From a virus (lineage: Duplodnaviria > Caudoviricetes): a DNA stretch of 37,362 nt. Shown piece by piece: positions 34,864 to 37,362 of the stretch (positions are counted from its first letter, which is position 1; each line of letters starts with the position of its first letter). The stretch is taken from the IMG/VR virus record IMGVR_UViG_3300037408_000071, positions 1-37,362 of that record, one strand, 5' to 3'. A program made the position numbers and the translations under genes. The notes under the pieces were generated by a model. That model was given only the letters and a program-made list of their open reading frames with translations, made no database searches and had not been told where the DNA came from.

Positions 34864-35298
34864 CTATGCCTCACCCTGGAAGACCGTTTCGCCGGCAACC
34901 CTAACCTCAAGTTCTCCGGTTGGAGCGGGCTCGCGCTTGGCCGCCAGCACTTCGGGCTCCGGCGGCATGTCGCAGAGATCATCGAGGCCGTTCAAGATGA
35001 CGTCGGCGACCTTCATGGCAACCTGGGCGTCGGTGCCGAACCCCATGACGCGCGTTGCCGTCGTCGCGCGGTCCCACAGGATCGCCGAATCGACCACGCT
35101 GCCGTCGGTGCCGTCCTTGACGAGCTCATGGGCTCGCGACAGGGGCAGGGCATAGGGCATGCAGCCGTTCAGCATCATGCGGCCCTTGGTCGGAAACAGG
35201 ACCATGGCGGGCTCGCCGTTGATCCAATGGAACGCAGCGGCGATCGGACCGCGGCTGTAGACCTTCCAAGCGGTGTCGCCGCCGACGGTAATGCCCAT
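34864..35298 (-). CDS. Conserved-looking hypothetical phage protein (144 aa)
   Basis: GGAG RBS; HWINGEPAMVLFP and GLDDLCDMPPEP; directly upstream of the portal. Confidence 0.8.
   Translation of the reverse strand: MGITVGGDTAWKVYSRGPIAAAFHWINGEPAMVLFPTKGRMMLNGCMPYALPLSRAHELVKDGTDGSVVDSAILWDRATTATRVMGFGTDAQVAMKVADVILNGLDDLCDMPPEPEVLAAKREPAPTGELEVRVAGETVFQGEA
34898..34927 (-). promoter_or_regulatory. Putative phage late promoter, copy E (inside the upstream CDS, before the portal)
   Basis: CGCTCCAACCG-N13-TAGGGT. Confidence 0.7.
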
Positions 35299-35308
35299 GT
35301 GGGTGCTC

Positions 35309-35521
35309 CTAGAGTGGGACTTCGTTGAACGTGGCCGAGATCGAGTAGGCGTCCGGCACTTCGGCCGCGAGACGGCTGCGGGCCTCGGCCTCGCGCAGCA
35401 CGTCGTAGGCCCGCTGGTGCGGATCGGGGTCGCCGGGCAGCCGGTAGACGAGCATCCAGCGCGGCCGGGTCGGGTAAGGCGTCGAGTTATGGGCGTGCGG
35501 AACGCCGTGGGGATTCGTCAT
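35309..35521 (-). CDS. Hypothetical protein (70 aa)
   Basis: AGGAGG RBS; ATGA overlap with the HNH stop. Confidence 0.6.
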   Translation of the reverse strand: MTNPHGVPHAHNSTPYPTRPRWMLVYRLPGDPDPHQRAYDVLREAEARSRLAAEVPDAYSISATFNEVPL

Positions 35522-35949
35522 GCGACCCTCCTTGCCGCTTCAGCGGCTTCCTCGATCGTGCGGAACGTGCCGAGGTAACGGTGAAAGCGCCTCGCCTGCC
35601 ATCCATTGCCGTTACGGCTGACGCCCACGGCACCGGATTCGCCCAGCGGACGGCGATTCGATAGGTTGATGCGACGATTCGCGAGCCGCAGGTTGCTTGG
35701 GCGGTTGTTCTGCGTGTTCCGGTCGATGTGATCGAGTTCGCTGGCGGGCCATTCGTCATGAGTCATGAGCCAAATCAGCCGGTGGACGAGCACCTGGCGG
35801 CCATCGACTGAGGTACGCAGGTAGCCGCGCCCGTTGTCGCAGCCCACAGGCTCGCCGGCCTTCACGCCGCCCTTACGGTTCACGCGCCATCGCAAAATAC
35901 CGGCAGCATCGAGCGCGAAAAGCTCGCGAGCCCTTTCCAGAGTCACCAT
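35518..35949 (-). mobile_element. Free-standing HNH endonuclease (HNH_3 type with short AP2-like tail, 143 aa)
   Basis: HRLIWLM....WP...LDHIDRNTQNNRPSNLR...SGAVGV...YLGTFRTIEEAAEA; TAATG overlap with the terminase stop. Confidence 0.9.
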
Positions 35950-36707
35950 TACGACACTCTCCAATTTGGTTTCACTTTGACGGCGAGCTTTCTCGTAGGC
36001 CTGCACCGCGCATATCTCCTCATCATTAGTCCATACCGACTGGCGCTGATGACGTCGTCGCGGATCTTCTGGATCAGGCCCTCTTTGCGGTGGTAAAGGC
36101 GAAATTCCTCAAGCCACAGCGCGCACGTCGAAAAGACCTTCCAGCGGCCGGTCATCATGCGGTCGAGCATTTCGCTGATGCCCGCCTCGAGCCCGTTGGA
36201 CCCGTCGAGGAACGTGGCGCGCTCCGGCAGCATGTCGAACCCGGCGGCCCCGTACTGCTCGGCCAGCTGCTCGCCGCTGCCCTTGTCGTGCTGCAGGCCA
36301 TCGTGGGGCCATGCATAGGGCAGCCACTTGTCCCAGGTGTGCAGGGCGACCTTCGCCATCACGGGCGTCATCTGCGACTGGCGGAAGTCGGCGATGACGT
36401 ACAGGCAGTCGATGTCGCGGTTCCACGCGAGGCGGGCGACGGCAAACGGGTGATCCCAGCCGAAGTCCATGCCGCCGATCTGCGGCCAGTTGTCGGGAAT
36501 CGGGATCGGGTCGATCAGGATGTCGTCCTCGTTCACCGGGAACACGGCACCGCTGCCCAGCACGGGGATGCCCATTTCGCGGGCCTTGAGTTCGTGGGGG
36601 CGCGCGGCGAACGCCCGGCGCAGTTCGATCTTGTCCTGCTCGCCCAGGTGCGGGCAGTCATTCCAGCCAGCAAGCACCAGATACTTTGATGGATTGATCT
36701 CAGGCAT
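35949..36707 (-). CDS. terL: Terminase large subunit, C-terminal fragment (end of ATPase region plus nuclease domain, 252 aa)
   Basis: AREMGIPVLGSGAVFP, GGMDFGWDHPFA, WPHDG and DDVISASRY motifs of the P22 gp2 type; ATG 36707 with AAGGGG RBS, overlapping the HNH stop. Confidence 0.92.
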   Translation of the reverse strand: MPEINPSKYLVLAGWNDCPHLGEQDKIELRRAFAARPHELKAREMGIPVLGSGAVFPVNEDDILIDPIPIPDNWPQIGGMDFGWDHPFAVARLAWNRDIDCLYVIADFRQSQMTPVMAKVALHTWDKWLPYAWPHDGLQHDKGSGEQLAEQYGAAGFDMLPERATFLDGSNGLEAGISEMLDRMMTGRWKVFSTCALWLEEFRLYHRKEGLIQKIRDDVISASRYGLMMRRYARCRPTRKLAVKVKPNWRVS

Positions 36708-37260
36708 GACGCGCCCCTTTCCGCAGATTCTCGCGAGCGCTGACGATCCGAAGATTCGACGGAACGTGTCGGCCGCCTCTTGAGAGCGGAACGATGTGAT
36801 CGACATGCATAGCCATTTCCAGCGGGTCGTCGCACTCGACGCAGGCGGCTAACTTGGCCTCCATGGCCTTGGCATTGGCATAGATCGACAGAATCTCGGG
36901 GTCGTTGCGTCCGCGCCCCAAGCCGGAGCGCATCCTGGCTTTGCGAGCACGCTGATAGGCAGCCTTTGCTGGCCTGAACAACGGATCGGTGGCTCGTTTC
37001 GTCTTTTGGTGAGATGCCAGCCGGTCACGATTGGCCCGCTTCCATTCCATCGAAGCGACACGATCCTTTTCCCTCTTGGATGGGTCTGCCCGCCTACAGC
37101 GGACTCGTTCACGGGAGCAAGCGCGGCAGCGCGAGTCATAGCGCACGCTCGGCTTTCCCTGCCGCGTGATGTATGGATAAGCCGGAAACTCGGCAACAGG
37201 GAGCGTTAAGCCGCACGCAATGCAGGGTCGCATCCCGTCACGAACCCGGTTAAACCCCAC
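36700..37260 (-). mobile_element. HNH endonuclease with zinc motif, interrupting terL
   Basis: CIAC...CRAC and MHVDHIVPLSRGGRHVPSNLRIVSAREN; overlaps both terL fragments. Start is GTG 37260 or ATG 37233. Confidence 0.9.
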
Positions 37261-37362
37261 GGCGAAACTGCTCCATGATCTCGTTGAGCATCTTGGCCGG
37301 CATGAACGACTGCACGACCTCGGTAGCCCCCTCGAGCGGGGTGAACGTGATGTAGACGATCC
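37250..37362 (-). CDS. terL: Terminase large subunit, end of N-terminal ATPase fragment (5'-truncated by window)
   Basis: Manual translation IVYITFTPLEGATEVVQSFMPAKMLNEIMEQFRRGV-TAA; TFTP is the coupling motif of P22-like terminases. Confidence 0.85.
   Translation of the reverse strand, partial: IVYITFTPLEGATEVVQSFMPAKMLNEIMEQFRRGV

Noticed and set aside
9762-35328. Long plus-strand ORFs such as 9762-11360, 16248-17738, 18722-20011, 20004-21347, 26327-27625, 33508-35328
   Set aside because: Antisense to well-supported structural genes; expected from codon bias at this GC content.
36708-37249. Dual-coding read-through of terL across the HNH, as in the giant gene
   Set aside because: The N-fragment frame stops at 37250, the C-fragment frame has an upstream TAG near 36849-36851, and the two fragments are in different frames.

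Overview
This is a GC-rich (roughly two-thirds G+C) stretch of a podovirus-type phage or prophage. It covers the whole virion morphogenesis operon, all on the minus strand and truncated at both ends. In reading order it holds: a terminase large subunit split in two by an HNH gene; a P22-like portal; a ~9.3 kb block of putative virion-surface and carbohydrate-active genes; scaffold; a CsrA-like small protein; an N4-gp56-type major capsid; adaptors, tail nozzle and tail fibres; a GNAT; ejection proteins; and a >2650 aa DarB-like polyvalent protein (transglycosylase, InPase-like, N6-MTase, SNF2 helicase) that is missing from the ORF track because it runs off the window edge. The gene order is reminiscent of Bcep22-like phages (recall, not a search result). 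Six homing endonuclease genes are present. Main observations: (1) a complete HNH endonuclease gene and a second small gene sit fully nested in the +1 frame inside the uninterrupted giant ORF; (2) five copies of a promoter-like motif SGCTCCAACYG-N13-NANNNT with identical spacing precede structural gene blocks; (3) a CsrA-like gene lies among head genes whose leaders carry C-A(G/A)GA-G hairpins; (4) the terminase is split with no room for an intron core. All family assignments come from motif recognition by eye; no database search was run.
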